A stretch of DNA of 64,000 bases from Candidatus Sumerlaeia bacterium (GTDB taxonomy: Bacteria; Sumerlaeota; Sumerlaeia; SLMS01; JANRJK01), in assembly GCA_033764015.1 (NCBI GenBank), contig JANRJK010000055.1, positions 32,001 to 96,000 of the forward strand, read 5' to 3'. The translations under genes were made by a program, and so were the position numbers. The notes below the pieces were generated by a model. It was given only the letters and a program-made list of their open reading frames with translations. It had not been told where the DNA came from and did no database searches. Below are positions 22,367 to 30,880 of the stretch, piece after piece (positions within the stretch are counted from its first letter, which is position 1; each line of letters begins with the position of its first letter).

Positions 22367-23437
22367 ATGCAGCACCGCCAGCCACCCCGGACACCCGGGG
22401 CCGCCGCCAGTTTGTACGCCGCCGTGTGCGCGCTCGCGCTAGCGCTCCTGGCCACCGCCTGCGGCCGCGAGGAACAACCCGCCGCCGCGCAGCGCGAAGT
22501 CGTCGTCTACACGGCGCTCGACCGCGAGTACAGCGAGCCGATCTTCGACCTCTTCCAGCAGCGCACCGGCATCACCGTGCGCCCGGTCTACGACAGCGAG
22601 GCGGTCAAGACCGTCGGCCTCGTGAACCGCCTCATCGCGGAACGCAACCGCCCCGCCGCGGATGTGTTCTGGAACAACGAGATCGTCCGCTCGATCCAGC
22701 TCGCCCGCGAAGGCCTCGTGGAGCCGTACCGCTCGCACAGCGCCGCCGACATCCCCGCCGCCTTCAAGGACCCGCAAGGGTTCTGGACCGGATTCGCCGC
22801 GCGCGCCCGGGTCTTCATCGTTCCCGCGGAGATGCCGGAGGCCGAACTCCCCGCGCGGCTCGAAGACCTCGCGGACCCCGCGCGCACCGACTCGCGCGCC
22901 TTCGCGAAGCCGCTCTTCGGCACCACCAACACGCACGCGGCGGTCATCTGCGCCGCGGCGGGGGAGGCCGGCCTCCGCGCCTACATGGCCAACCTCCTCG
23001 CCAACGCGGTGATGCTCCCCGGCAACGGGCAGGTGCGCGACGCGGTCGTCGCCGGAGAGGTCCGCTGGGGGCTGACCGACACGGACGACGCGCACAGCGC
23101 GATCGAGGACGGCGCCGCCGTGCGCATCGTGTACCCCAAGGGCGGCCCCGAGGGCGAGGGCGCGCTCCTGATCCCGAACACCGTGGTCCTCATGAAGGGA
23201 GGACCGAATCCCGCGGAGGGCCGCGAACTGATCGACTTCCTGCTCTCGCGCGAAGTCGAAACGCTCCTAGCCGCCTCGCGCAGCGCGCAGATGCCGGTGC
23301 GCGAAGGGATCCCCTTCCCGCCGGGGCTCCCGCCGCTTGCGCCCGGCGATGTGCTTGCGGTGGACTGGGACTCCGTGTACGACAAACTCGCCACGGCACA
23401 GAGCGTGCTCGTCGAGATGCTCCCGTCGGAGCGCTGA
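22367..23437 (+). CDS. Fe(III)/thiamine-type ABC substrate-binding lipoprotein
   Basis: Lipobox LATAC; VVVYTALD, PAADVFW, WTGFAARAR, LTDTDD, LIPNTV, LIDFLLS. Confidence 0.85.
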   Translation: MQHRQPPRTPGAAASLYAAVCALALALLATACGREEQPAAAQREVVVYTALDREYSEPIFDLFQQRTGITVRPVYDSEAVKTVGLVNRLIAERNRPAADVFWNNEIVRSIQLAREGLVEPYRSHSAADIPAAFKDPQGFWTGFAARARVFIVPAEMPEAELPARLEDLADPARTDSRAFAKPLFGTTNTHAAVICAAAGEAGLRAYMANLLANAVMLPGNGQVRDAVVAGEVRWGLTDTDDAHSAIEDGAAVRIVYPKGGPEGEGALLIPNTVVLMKGGPNPAEGRELIDFLLSREVETLLAASRSAQMPVREGIPFPPGLPPLAPGDVLAVDWDSVYDKLATAQSVLVEMLPSER

Positions 23438-23470
23438 ACCAGCCCGCGCACCGCTTACAAGGAAACCGCG

Positions 23471-24910
23471 ATGGACGCCGCCCTCCGATTGCTTCGCCTC
23501 GCCGCCGCCCTCGCGGTGTTGTCGGCCGTGGCCGCGCCCCTCGCCGCCCAATCGAAGGAAGACGACGGCAAGGAGAAGGACAAGCCGCGCCGCGACTCCG
23601 ACAGCAGCCTTTCATCCAGCGATAGCTCCGGCGAACGGCAGACCCTCGCCCAGCGCCGCAAAGCCGCCGCCGCCGAACGCGAGCGCGAAGCCGCCAAGAA
23701 CTCCGCCAACAACCAGCAAGGCGGCTCGGCGCCGTCCGGCGGGCGGGAAGGAAAGGCCGGCCGCGGCGGCTCCGGATCCTCCGCCACCCGCGGCGGCGAG
23801 TCCGGCCTCGGGCCCGTCTCCATGACCTTCGACCGCAACGCCGCGATCCTCAGCCACTCCGCCGCCGACCCTTCCGAGGTCGGCATGAGCTTCGTCGCCA
23901 AGGAAGGGAACGAGTTCTGGACCGCGATCCGCCTCGACTCCTTCGATCCCTTGAATGTCGACCGCTTCGTATTCACGCTGGGCTATCCGAAGGACATCCT
24001 CGAGCCGGTCGGCGTGGACGACGCGATGATCGCGGGCGGCCTCACCGAGCCCCCCACGGTCGGCGTCTTCCCGCGCGCCGGCCTCTTCAGCTACGAAGCA
24101 GCGCTCGACCGGCCCATGCTGGTCAGCCCCGGCCCGCTGCTCTACATCCGCTGGCGTCCGCTGCGCGCCGCGCCGCTTTCGCAGCTTCCCTTCGCCGCGA
24201 TCCGCGGCGAGTACCCCGGCCTCTTCCTCGGCGAGCGCGACCTGCTCGGTTCGCCCCAGGAAGCCGACGACGGCGTGACCGCGCTCGACTTCTCCGTGCT
24301 GCCGCGCGACCCCGAGACGCTCGACGAGCTGGACGACGCGGCCGCCTTCGACTTCGGATTCTTCGAGAAGTACGGCGGCGTCCGCCTCTCGCTCGAAGGC
24401 CCCTCGCAGACGCCGCGCGCCGGCGAGGCCTTCTACGTCGACCTCGTGCTCGACAACCGGTCGAACAGCTCGCTCGACGCCATCTCCGCGCGCATCGAAT
24501 ACGATCCCGACGTCCTGACGATCCTCGACGCGGACTTCGACAACGGCATCACGCTCGGGGTGAACATCCACGACGGACCCTTCGCCGCGGATTTCCCATT
24601 CCCGTACCACATCCAGAACCAGGTGGACGCCTCGCTGGGGCGCATCACCTACCGCAAGGGGACCGACCGGCCGGACCAGATGCGCGGACGCCGCGGCACC
24701 ATCGCGCGCATCTACGCGCTGGCCACGGCGCCCACCACCGCGACGTCGATGCGCTTCACCTTCGCCGAAATCGACGGCTACCCCAGCACCGCCGCGACCT
24801 TCGTCGGCGACGACGTGCTCGGCGATCCCGCGGCGAAGGGCGACGGCGTGGCCGACCTCTCCTTCCCCATCCTCAACGCGCCCGCGGGCGCCGCCGTCGC
24901 CGCGCGCTGA
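23471..24910 (+). CDS. Secreted protein with a low-complexity N-region and two cohesin-like beta domains
   Basis: Signal peptide; FTLGYPKDILEPV and ARIEYDPDVLTIL match the YDP.VL pattern of cohesin-like folds. Confidence 0.6.
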   Translation: MDAALRLLRLAAALAVLSAVAAPLAAQSKEDDGKEKDKPRRDSDSSLSSSDSSGERQTLAQRRKAAAAEREREAAKNSANNQQGGSAPSGGREGKAGRGGSGSSATRGGESGLGPVSMTFDRNAAILSHSAADPSEVGMSFVAKEGNEFWTAIRLDSFDPLNVDRFVFTLGYPKDILEPVGVDDAMIAGGLTEPPTVGVFPRAGLFSYEAALDRPMLVSPGPLLYIRWRPLRAAPLSQLPFAAIRGEYPGLFLGERDLLGSPQEADDGVTALDFSVLPRDPETLDELDDAAAFDFGFFEKYGGVRLSLEGPSQTPRAGEAFYVDLVLDNRSNSSLDAISARIEYDPDVLTILDADFDNGITLGVNIHDGPFAADFPFPYHIQNQVDASLGRITYRKGTDRPDQMRGRRGTIARIYALATAPTTATSMRFTFAEIDGYPSTAATFVGDDVLGDPAAKGDGVADLSFPILNAPAGAAVAAR

Positions 24911-24929
24911 CCCGCCCGGAGCACACGCC

Positions 24930-25412
24930 ATGGCCGACAAGAAACCCACTCCCCGCGCGGGCAACCGCCAGATCGCCGCCAACCGCCGCGCGCGCTTCGA
25001 GTACGAGATCCTCGAGAAGTTCGAGGCCGGCATCGAACTCGTCGGCCCCGAGGTGAAGAGCCTTCGCAACGGCGGCGGCTCGATCACCGAGTCCTACGTC
25101 ATCCCGATCCGCGGCTCGCTCTTCATCCAGGGCTTCCACGTGCGCCCCTACGAGAACGGCGGCTACTCGAACCCGTCCGATCCCACGCGCGAGCGCCGCC
25201 TCCTTCTGCAGCGCCGCGAGATCAACAAGCTGATCGGCGCGGTCTCCGTGAAGGGCATGACGATCGTCCCGCTGCGGCTCTACTTCAACGAGCGCGGGTG
25301 GGCGAAGGTCGAGATCGGCCTCGCGCGCGGCAAGCAGCTCCACGACAAGCGCGAAGCAATCAAGGAGCGCGAGACGAAGCGCGAACTGGCCCGGGAGTAC
25401 AAGCTCCGCTGA
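24930..25412 (+). CDS. smpB: SsrA-binding protein
   Basis: NRRARFEY, EAGIELVGPEVKSLR, RRLLL, RGKQLHDKRE. Confidence 0.98.
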   Translation: MADKKPTPRAGNRQIAANRRARFEYEILEKFEAGIELVGPEVKSLRNGGGSITESYVIPIRGSLFIQGFHVRPYENGGYSNPSDPTRERRLLLQRREINKLIGAVSVKGMTIVPLRLYFNERGWAKVEIGLARGKQLHDKREAIKERETKRELAREYKLR

Positions 25413-25570
25413 TCCTATAGGATTGGCGACCCCTGATTTTGAAGGACTTGCAATTCCGGGAGCCGACGCTTCGGCGCCCCGGGCTCTCTTCTTGCCTTAT
25501 AAGGCCGATTGCGCGACAACTCCGGGCCTTGGAGCGAATCCGCTCCCATCGTTCCCGGCAGGTTCCCATC

Positions 25571-26167
25571 ATGGCGGCGCGCACACGCGGACACGTGCTC
25601 CTTCTCGAAGATGTCGAGAAGTGCGAGAAGGAAGTCATCGAAGCGCTGATGGGGTTCCCCGTCGGTGGCGAGGCGACCATCGTGATCAACTCCGGCGGCG
25701 GCTCGGTGTACGCCGGCCTCGCGATCGGAACGGTGGTGCGGCACCGGCGGATGCACTGCCACGCGCAGGTGCTGGCGGACTGCTCCAGCTCCGCGCTGCT
25801 CGTCTTCGCCGCCTGCCAGACGCGCGAAGTGTCGCCGCACGCCTCCTTCCTCTTCCACCCGATGCAATGGTCCAGCGACGACCGCTCGCGCGTGAACGGC
25901 GCGCGGAGCTGGTCCGAGGAGTTCCTGCGCGTGAGCAAGGTCTGCGAGGACTGGCTCTCCGAGCTGCTGCCGATCTCGCGCTCGGTGCTGCGCCGCTGGG
26001 TGCAGCAGGAGAAGTACGTCGTCGCACAGGAGCTGATCGACCTGGGGATCGCGACGGAAATGGCGCTGCCGGCGCCGCGCGTGGTGGGCGTCGAGGCGAA
26101 GCCGAAGCGCCGCGCGGCCGCCGCGCGCGCCAAGGCCCGCCCGGTGAAGATCCGCCGCGCCGGCTGA
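25571..26167 (+). CDS. Divergent ClpP/S14-family serine protease
   Basis: INSGGGSVYAGLAI, DCSSSA (Ser), FLFHP (His), AQELIDLGIA; ATG 25571 preferred over TTG 25439. Confidence 0.75.
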   Translation: MAARTRGHVLLLEDVEKCEKEVIEALMGFPVGGEATIVINSGGGSVYAGLAIGTVVRHRRMHCHAQVLADCSSSALLVFAACQTREVSPHASFLFHPMQWSSDDRSRVNGARSWSEEFLRVSKVCEDWLSELLPISRSVLRRWVQQEKYVVAQELIDLGIATEMALPAPRVVGVEAKPKRRAAAARAKARPVKIRRAG

Positions 26168-26174
26168 CCGCGCC

Positions 26175-27491
26175 GTGCTCGAACCGCAGCGCCACACGCT
26201 CGAAACCATCATCGGCCACGGCGCCGCCAAGGCGTTCCTGCTGAAGCTGCTCGCGTCCGGCCGCCTACCGCCGGTGGTCCTCCTGGAAGGCCCCGACGCG
26301 CTCGGCAAGCGCAGCTTCGCCCTCGCCGCGGCCAAGGCGGTCCTCTCCGCGGCATCCCGCGCCGAAGGCGCCGCGCTCCGCGCGCCCGGCCCCGCCCGCA
26401 TGGCGAAGCGCTCCGCGCCCCCTCCCCCGGACGACGACGGCGCCGACCTCTTCGCCGCGCATGACGACCTGTTCGGCGCCCCCGCCGGCGAGCCGGAGCC
26501 GGACCTCTTCGGCGCCGCGGAGGAGCCGCCGCCCCCCGCGCCCCCTCCCGCCCCAGCCCCCGAGCCGCAGCCCCGCTCCGGCGGGCCCCTCGCGGACCAC
26601 GACGAGCCGCGCCGCCGCGCCTTCGAGTTCCTCGGCTACCACGAGGACACCTGCCGCCGCATCGAGGCGTCCTACCCCCCGAAGTACAACAGCGACGGGC
26701 AGCAGGAGAACGCCGCGCACCCGGACCTCTCGATCATCGAGCCCGCCGGCAACTCGCGCTCGATCCTCGCCGCGCAGATCGACGCCCTGCACGACATCGT
26801 GCGCCTCGCGCCGATCCAGTCGCACCTGCGCCTGGTGCTGCTCTTCGGCGCCGACACGATCACCACGCACGCGGCCAACTCGATGCTGAAGCTGCTCGAG
26901 GAGCCGCCCGCGTACCTCCACTTCATCATGGTGACGGACCATCCGCACGGCGTGCTGCCCACGATCCGCTCGCGCGCGTGCCGCGTGCCGTTCCACCCGC
27001 TGCCGGTGGATGAACTCGCGGAACGCCTGGTGGAATCGGAGGGCCTCGCGCGGACGCTGGCGCGGACGGCGGCGGTCTTCGCGGAGGGGCGCCCCGGCGT
27101 GGCGCTGCGCGCAGCGGCCGCGGGGGGCGCCGCGGACTCGCTCCTCGCGAGGCGCCGAGACATCTTCGAGGCGCGCCGCCTGGTCGACCGCTACGGCGCC
27201 GCGGGCGCCAGCGCCGCCGCCTCGCGCATCGCCGCCGCGAAGCTACCCGCCGACGACACGCTCCGCCTCCTCCTCTGCTACGCCCGCGACCGCCTGGTAT
27301 CACGGCACGCAGCGGACCGCCCCGAGCTGCTGGTGAACGGCGACCTGCCGGAGCTGCTTCCCGCGGAGCGCGCCGACTCCGCCGAGCTGCTCGAAGAGGC
27401 CGAGCGCCTCCTCGCCGCCATGGACGCGCTCGGCCACCCGTTCCTGCCCAACACGCAGGCGCTCTACGAGCTGGCGCTCTGGCCGGAATAG
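26175..27491 (+). CDS. holB: DNA polymerase III delta-prime-like clamp-loader subunit
   Basis: IIGH, LLEGPDALGKR, HPDL, AANSMLKLLEEPP, LPTIRSR. Confidence 0.85.
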   Translation: MLEPQRHTLETIIGHGAAKAFLLKLLASGRLPPVVLLEGPDALGKRSFALAAAKAVLSAASRAEGAALRAPGPARMAKRSAPPPPDDDGADLFAAHDDLFGAPAGEPEPDLFGAAEEPPPPAPPPAPAPEPQPRSGGPLADHDEPRRRAFEFLGYHEDTCRRIEASYPPKYNSDGQQENAAHPDLSIIEPAGNSRSILAAQIDALHDIVRLAPIQSHLRLVLLFGADTITTHAANSMLKLLEEPPAYLHFIMVTDHPHGVLPTIRSRACRVPFHPLPVDELAERLVESEGLARTLARTAAVFAEGRPGVALRAAAAGGAADSLLARRRDIFEARRLVDRYGAAGASAAASRIAAAKLPADDTLRLLLCYARDRLVSRHAADRPELLVNGDLPELLPAERADSAELLEEAERLLAAMDALGHPFLPNTQALYELALWPE

Positions 27492-27501
27492 CGCCCCCGC
27501 G

Positions 27502-28113
27502 CTACCGCAGCACCACGCCCGGCGCGCCCCCCGCGTCCGGATCGAGCGCAGCAAGCCGCCCCAGCGTCAGCGCGAACACCTCGAACATCGTCTTCAACTC
27601 GTTCAGGTCCTTGCAGTGCCCCTGCTGCTGGAACAGGAGCATGTCCGTCTTCGGCGGGAACTTGGCGCCGAAGAAGCCCTCGTGGTCGCGCACCGAGAAA
27701 CTGACGGACTGGAGCGCCAGCAGCCGCGCGCGCAGCTCCGCGTCGCCGAGCAGTTCCACGACCCGCGCGCGGTTCGACCCGGTGACGACGAACTTCTTGT
27801 CGAACACCCATTCGCCCACCTCGATGTCGCTCTGCAGGCCGAGCGACTTGCCGAGGCGGTGGAAGAAGTGCTCGGTCTGGACGGAGAATCGGAAGCCGGA
27901 AGGGTTGCTGAACGGCGCCCGGAGTCGGGTCATCGGAACATGCACCTGCCCCGCGGGCTCCACGTAGGCGTCCAGCACGATCTCCCAGACGCCGACGCGG
28001 GCGCGGACTTGGGTGGCGTTGCCGAAGCTCCAGGGGCGGAACTCGGCGCCGAGCTGCGCGGCGAACTGGGACCAGACCTCCTCGAGGGGCGGTCCAAAGA
28101 GCTGGCGGAGCAT
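27502..28113 (-). CDS. Conserved hypothetical protein (DUF3137-like)
   Basis: MLRQLFGPPLEEVW...TRLRAPF...GLQSDIEVG...FDKKFVV; coding-like codon bias. Confidence 0.6.
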   Translation of the reverse strand: MLRQLFGPPLEEVWSQFAAQLGAEFRPWSFGNATQVRARVGVWEIVLDAYVEPAGQVHVPMTRLRAPFSNPSGFRFSVQTEHFFHRLGKSLGLQSDIEVGEWVFDKKFVVTGSNRARVVELLGDAELRARLLALQSVSFSVRDHEGFFGAKFPPKTDMLLFQQQGHCKDLNELKTMFEVFALTLGRLAALDPDAGGAPGVVLR

Positions 28114-28207
28114 TTTCCCGTTTCCTTTCCGCGCGCCGAGCGGCGACGATCCCGTTTCGCGGCGCTGTTCCCTCCATACCCGGGCGCCCGGCCAGCATTC
28201 AATCCCG

Positions 28208-28627
28208 ATGCCGAACCCGCTCGAGAACACCTACGCCCGCTCCCGCCTCGCGCACGCCGCCGAGAACACGTCGGACTATCTCGAGGTGATCGCGGACCTG
28301 ATCGCGCGCCGCGGCGAAGCCCGCTTGGTGGACATCGCGGAGCGCATCGGCGTCTCGAAGGCCACCGCGAACAAGACGCTGCTCCGGCTCCAGCGCGAGG
28401 GGTTCATCACCTCCGAGCCCTACCGCTCGATCTTCCTGAGCGACGCCGGCCGCAAGCTGGCCGAGGAGTCGAAGCGCCGCCACCTGATCGTACTCGCGTT
28501 CCTCCGCGCGGCCGGCGTCTCCGAGGACACCGCGCAGGTGGACGCGGAAGGCATGGAGCACCACGCCAGCGAGGAAACGCTCGCGATGCTGGAGCGGCTG
28601 ACGGCGAGCCTGCGCAGGGAAGCATAG
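28208..28627 (+). CDS. mntR: DtxR/MntR-family metal-dependent repressor
   Basis: DYLEVIADL, RLVDIAERIGVS, PYRSIFL, RRH, DAEGMEHH. Confidence 0.9.
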   Translation: MPNPLENTYARSRLAHAAENTSDYLEVIADLIARRGEARLVDIAERIGVSKATANKTLLRLQREGFITSEPYRSIFLSDAGRKLAEESKRRHLIVLAFLRAAGVSEDTAQVDAEGMEHHASEETLAMLERLTASLRREA

Positions 28628-28685
28628 CCGAGCGCCGCAGGGCGTCCGGACCGGCAAGTCCTCGACGCGCGGGAGGCGCGGCCCA

Positions 28686-30053
28686 GTGCTCTACGACGAC
28701 CTCCCCGCCGCGTTCCGCGCCCTCGAAGGCGGCTGGCTGGCCGCGTTCCGCGCGATGCCGAACGGCTTCCGGCGTCCGCTGACCCAACTGCTGTTCGAAG
28801 CCTGCGAACATGGTCCGCCATGGCTGGTGCATGCGCTGCCTTTGGCGCTGCACGCCGCCGTCGCGCTGCTGACGGCGTGGGTGGCGCGGTCCGGTTTCGG
28901 CCTGGGGGCGCGTGCCGCGGGGCTCGCGGGGGTGCTGATGCTCCTCCACGCGGGGGGCTGGGCGGTGCCGTTCTTCCTGGCGAACAGCGGTGACGCCTTC
29001 GTGGCGGCGGCGGCGCTGCTGGTGTTCCAGGCGGCGCCCCGGGCGCTCGGCGGGAAGGACCCCGGGGCGCTCGCGATCCTTTGGCTCGGGGCGATGCTGG
29101 GGATGCTCGGCAAGGAGTCGGCGGTCGTGCTCCCCGGGGTCGCGGCGCTCGCGTGCGCGTTCGCCCGGGTGCGCCCGCGGGACGGACAGGGCTGGGCGTG
29201 GGCGGCGGCGTTACTCGCGGCGCACCTGATTTTTCTGGGATTCGTCGTCCTGAACATCAAGGGGGCGGAGGCGTCCTACGCGGGAGATGGCAGGCTCTCG
29301 CTGAGGCCGCTCTCCTGGGTTCGTTCCGCCGCGGACTACGCGATCTGCTCCCTCTGGCCCTTCACGCACCTGATCCAGCCCTCGGGGATGGACTTCCGGG
29401 TTCCGCATTCGGGGCTTTGGGCGGCGAGGCTGCTCCAGCTCGGGGTGTTCGCCGCGCTTGCGGTTCGCGCGGTCAAGCTGCGCCGTTTCGAGGCGCCCGC
29501 CGCGCTGGCGTCGATGGTCCTGCTGATGGTGCTTCCATCGGTCGTGGTGGCCGGTCCCCCCGAGTCGCGCTACCTCTATCCGGCGTTGCCGTTCGCCTGC
29601 CTCGGAGGCGCGATGGCGGCGCGCCGCGTGCTGCAATGGGCGAGGGGCCGGACCGGCGGGGCGGGGCGCGTCGCCATGGCGGCGGGTGCCGCGGGGGCGG
29701 TCTTGGTGTGCCTGCATGTCGCCGCGCTGGCGACCTCCCCCGTGCTCTCCTCGCTCCGCGGAGACCGCCGCCGGGTCGCGGCGTTCATGCGCGATCTCGC
29801 GGCGGAGGCGGACCGTGTTCCCGCGAACGCGCACCTCGTGGTCGCGGGCCATCCGCACCCGGAGGCCGGCGCCCACACCTGGGCGTACCGCCAGATGACG
29901 CTCTGGCTGGCGGCGCCGGACGCGCGCTGGGCGTATGCGGGCGACGATCCCCGCGCGCCGGGCGCCTGGGTGGCGCGCTGCGCGGAGGACGGCGCCATCG
30001 TGTCCATCGAGCCACCCGCGCCCCATTCGCTTGCTCCGGCGCTGGCCCCGTGA
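28686..30053 (+). CDS. Polytopic membrane protein, GT-C/PMT-like glycosyltransferase
   Basis: YDD near the N-terminus, FRRPL, LGKES, SRYLYP, about ten hydrophobic segments; GGGAGG before the GTG. Confidence 0.6.
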   Translation: MLYDDLPAAFRALEGGWLAAFRAMPNGFRRPLTQLLFEACEHGPPWLVHALPLALHAAVALLTAWVARSGFGLGARAAGLAGVLMLLHAGGWAVPFFLANSGDAFVAAAALLVFQAAPRALGGKDPGALAILWLGAMLGMLGKESAVVLPGVAALACAFARVRPRDGQGWAWAAALLAAHLIFLGFVVLNIKGAEASYAGDGRLSLRPLSWVRSAADYAICSLWPFTHLIQPSGMDFRVPHSGLWAARLLQLGVFAALAVRAVKLRRFEAPAALASMVLLMVLPSVVVAGPPESRYLYPALPFACLGGAMAARRVLQWARGRTGGAGRVAMAAGAAGAVLVCLHVAALATSPVLSSLRGDRRRVAAFMRDLAAEADRVPANAHLVVAGHPHPEAGAHTWAYRQMTLWLAAPDARWAYAGDDPRAPGAWVARCAEDGAIVSIEPPAPHSLAPALAP

Positions 30054-30125
30054 TTGCGTGATGCGTGTCGCGACGTGCGCCCCCGCGCCGCCGCGAATCC
30101 CGCAGGAGCCAAGCCGCACACCGCC

Positions 30126-30566
30126 ATGAACCGACCGATCCAGCGCCGCCGCCGCGGCTTCACCTTCATCGAGATCATGATGGTCGTCGTGATCATCGGC
30201 ATCCTGCTCGCCCTTGTGGGCCCGCGCCTCGCCGGACGCACCAGGCAGGCGAAGATAAGCGCCGCCAAGGCGCAGATCGAGAACTTCGCCACCGCCCTCG
30301 CCGCCTATGAAATGGACATGGGCGCCTTCCCCGAGACCTCCGACGGCCTCAAGGCGCTCGTCACGAAGCCGGGCTCCGACGACTCCGACTCCTGGAACGG
30401 CCCGTACCTCCGCAAGTCCGAGGTGCCCAAGGACCCCTGGAACCGCGACTACAACTACCGCTTCCCCGGCGAGAACAACAGCGACTTCGACCTCTGGAGC
30501 GACGGCCCGGACCGGCAGGCGGGCAACGACGACGACGTGACCAACTGGTCGAAGTCGAAGGAGTAG
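30126..30566 (+). CDS. gspG: Type II secretion major pseudopilin
   Basis: Prepilin site GFTFIEIMMVVVIIG, W.GPYL, PKDPW, Y.Y.FPG, DLWSDGPD. Confidence 0.93.
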   Translation: MNRPIQRRRRGFTFIEIMMVVVIIGILLALVGPRLAGRTRQAKISAAKAQIENFATALAAYEMDMGAFPETSDGLKALVTKPGSDDSDSWNGPYLRKSEVPKDPWNRDYNYRFPGENNSDFDLWSDGPDRQAGNDDDVTNWSKSKE

Positions 30567-30687
30567 CCCCCAACAAAGCTGTTGCGTGGCGGACAACCCC
30601 GCCCCTACCGTCTCCGATTCTGTGCCATGGCCAACGCCTTGACACCCCCAACCATCGCAAGAAGCGCCGTCCAGAAGGAGCCCGAAC

Positions 30688-30876
30688 GTGGCCAAGTCGA
30701 AGAAGGGAAACGTGGTGCAGGTCATCCTTGAATGCACCGAGCAGAAGGGGACCGAGATCCCCGGCATTTCCCGCTACATCACCAAGAAGAACCGCAAGAA
30801 CGACCCCGAGCGCATGCAGCTCAAGAAGTACAACAAGTACCTGCGCCGCGTCACGGTCCACCGGGAAGTCAAGTAA
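30688..30876 (+). CDS. rpmG: 50S ribosomal protein L33, zinc-free type
   Basis: [32 protein letters not shown]; only one Cys. Confidence 0.97.
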   Translation: MAKSKKGNVVQVILECTEQKGTEIPGISRYITKKNRKNDPERMQLKKYNKYLRRVTVHREVK

Positions 30877-30880
30877 CCCG

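Noticed and set aside
25413..25570. tmRNA (ssrA) next to smpB
   Set aside because: Spacer too short and lacks tRNA-like ends on either strand.
26350..26700. Intein in holB
   Set aside because: The insert is low-complexity and lacks the C/S start and HN-C/S/T end motifs.
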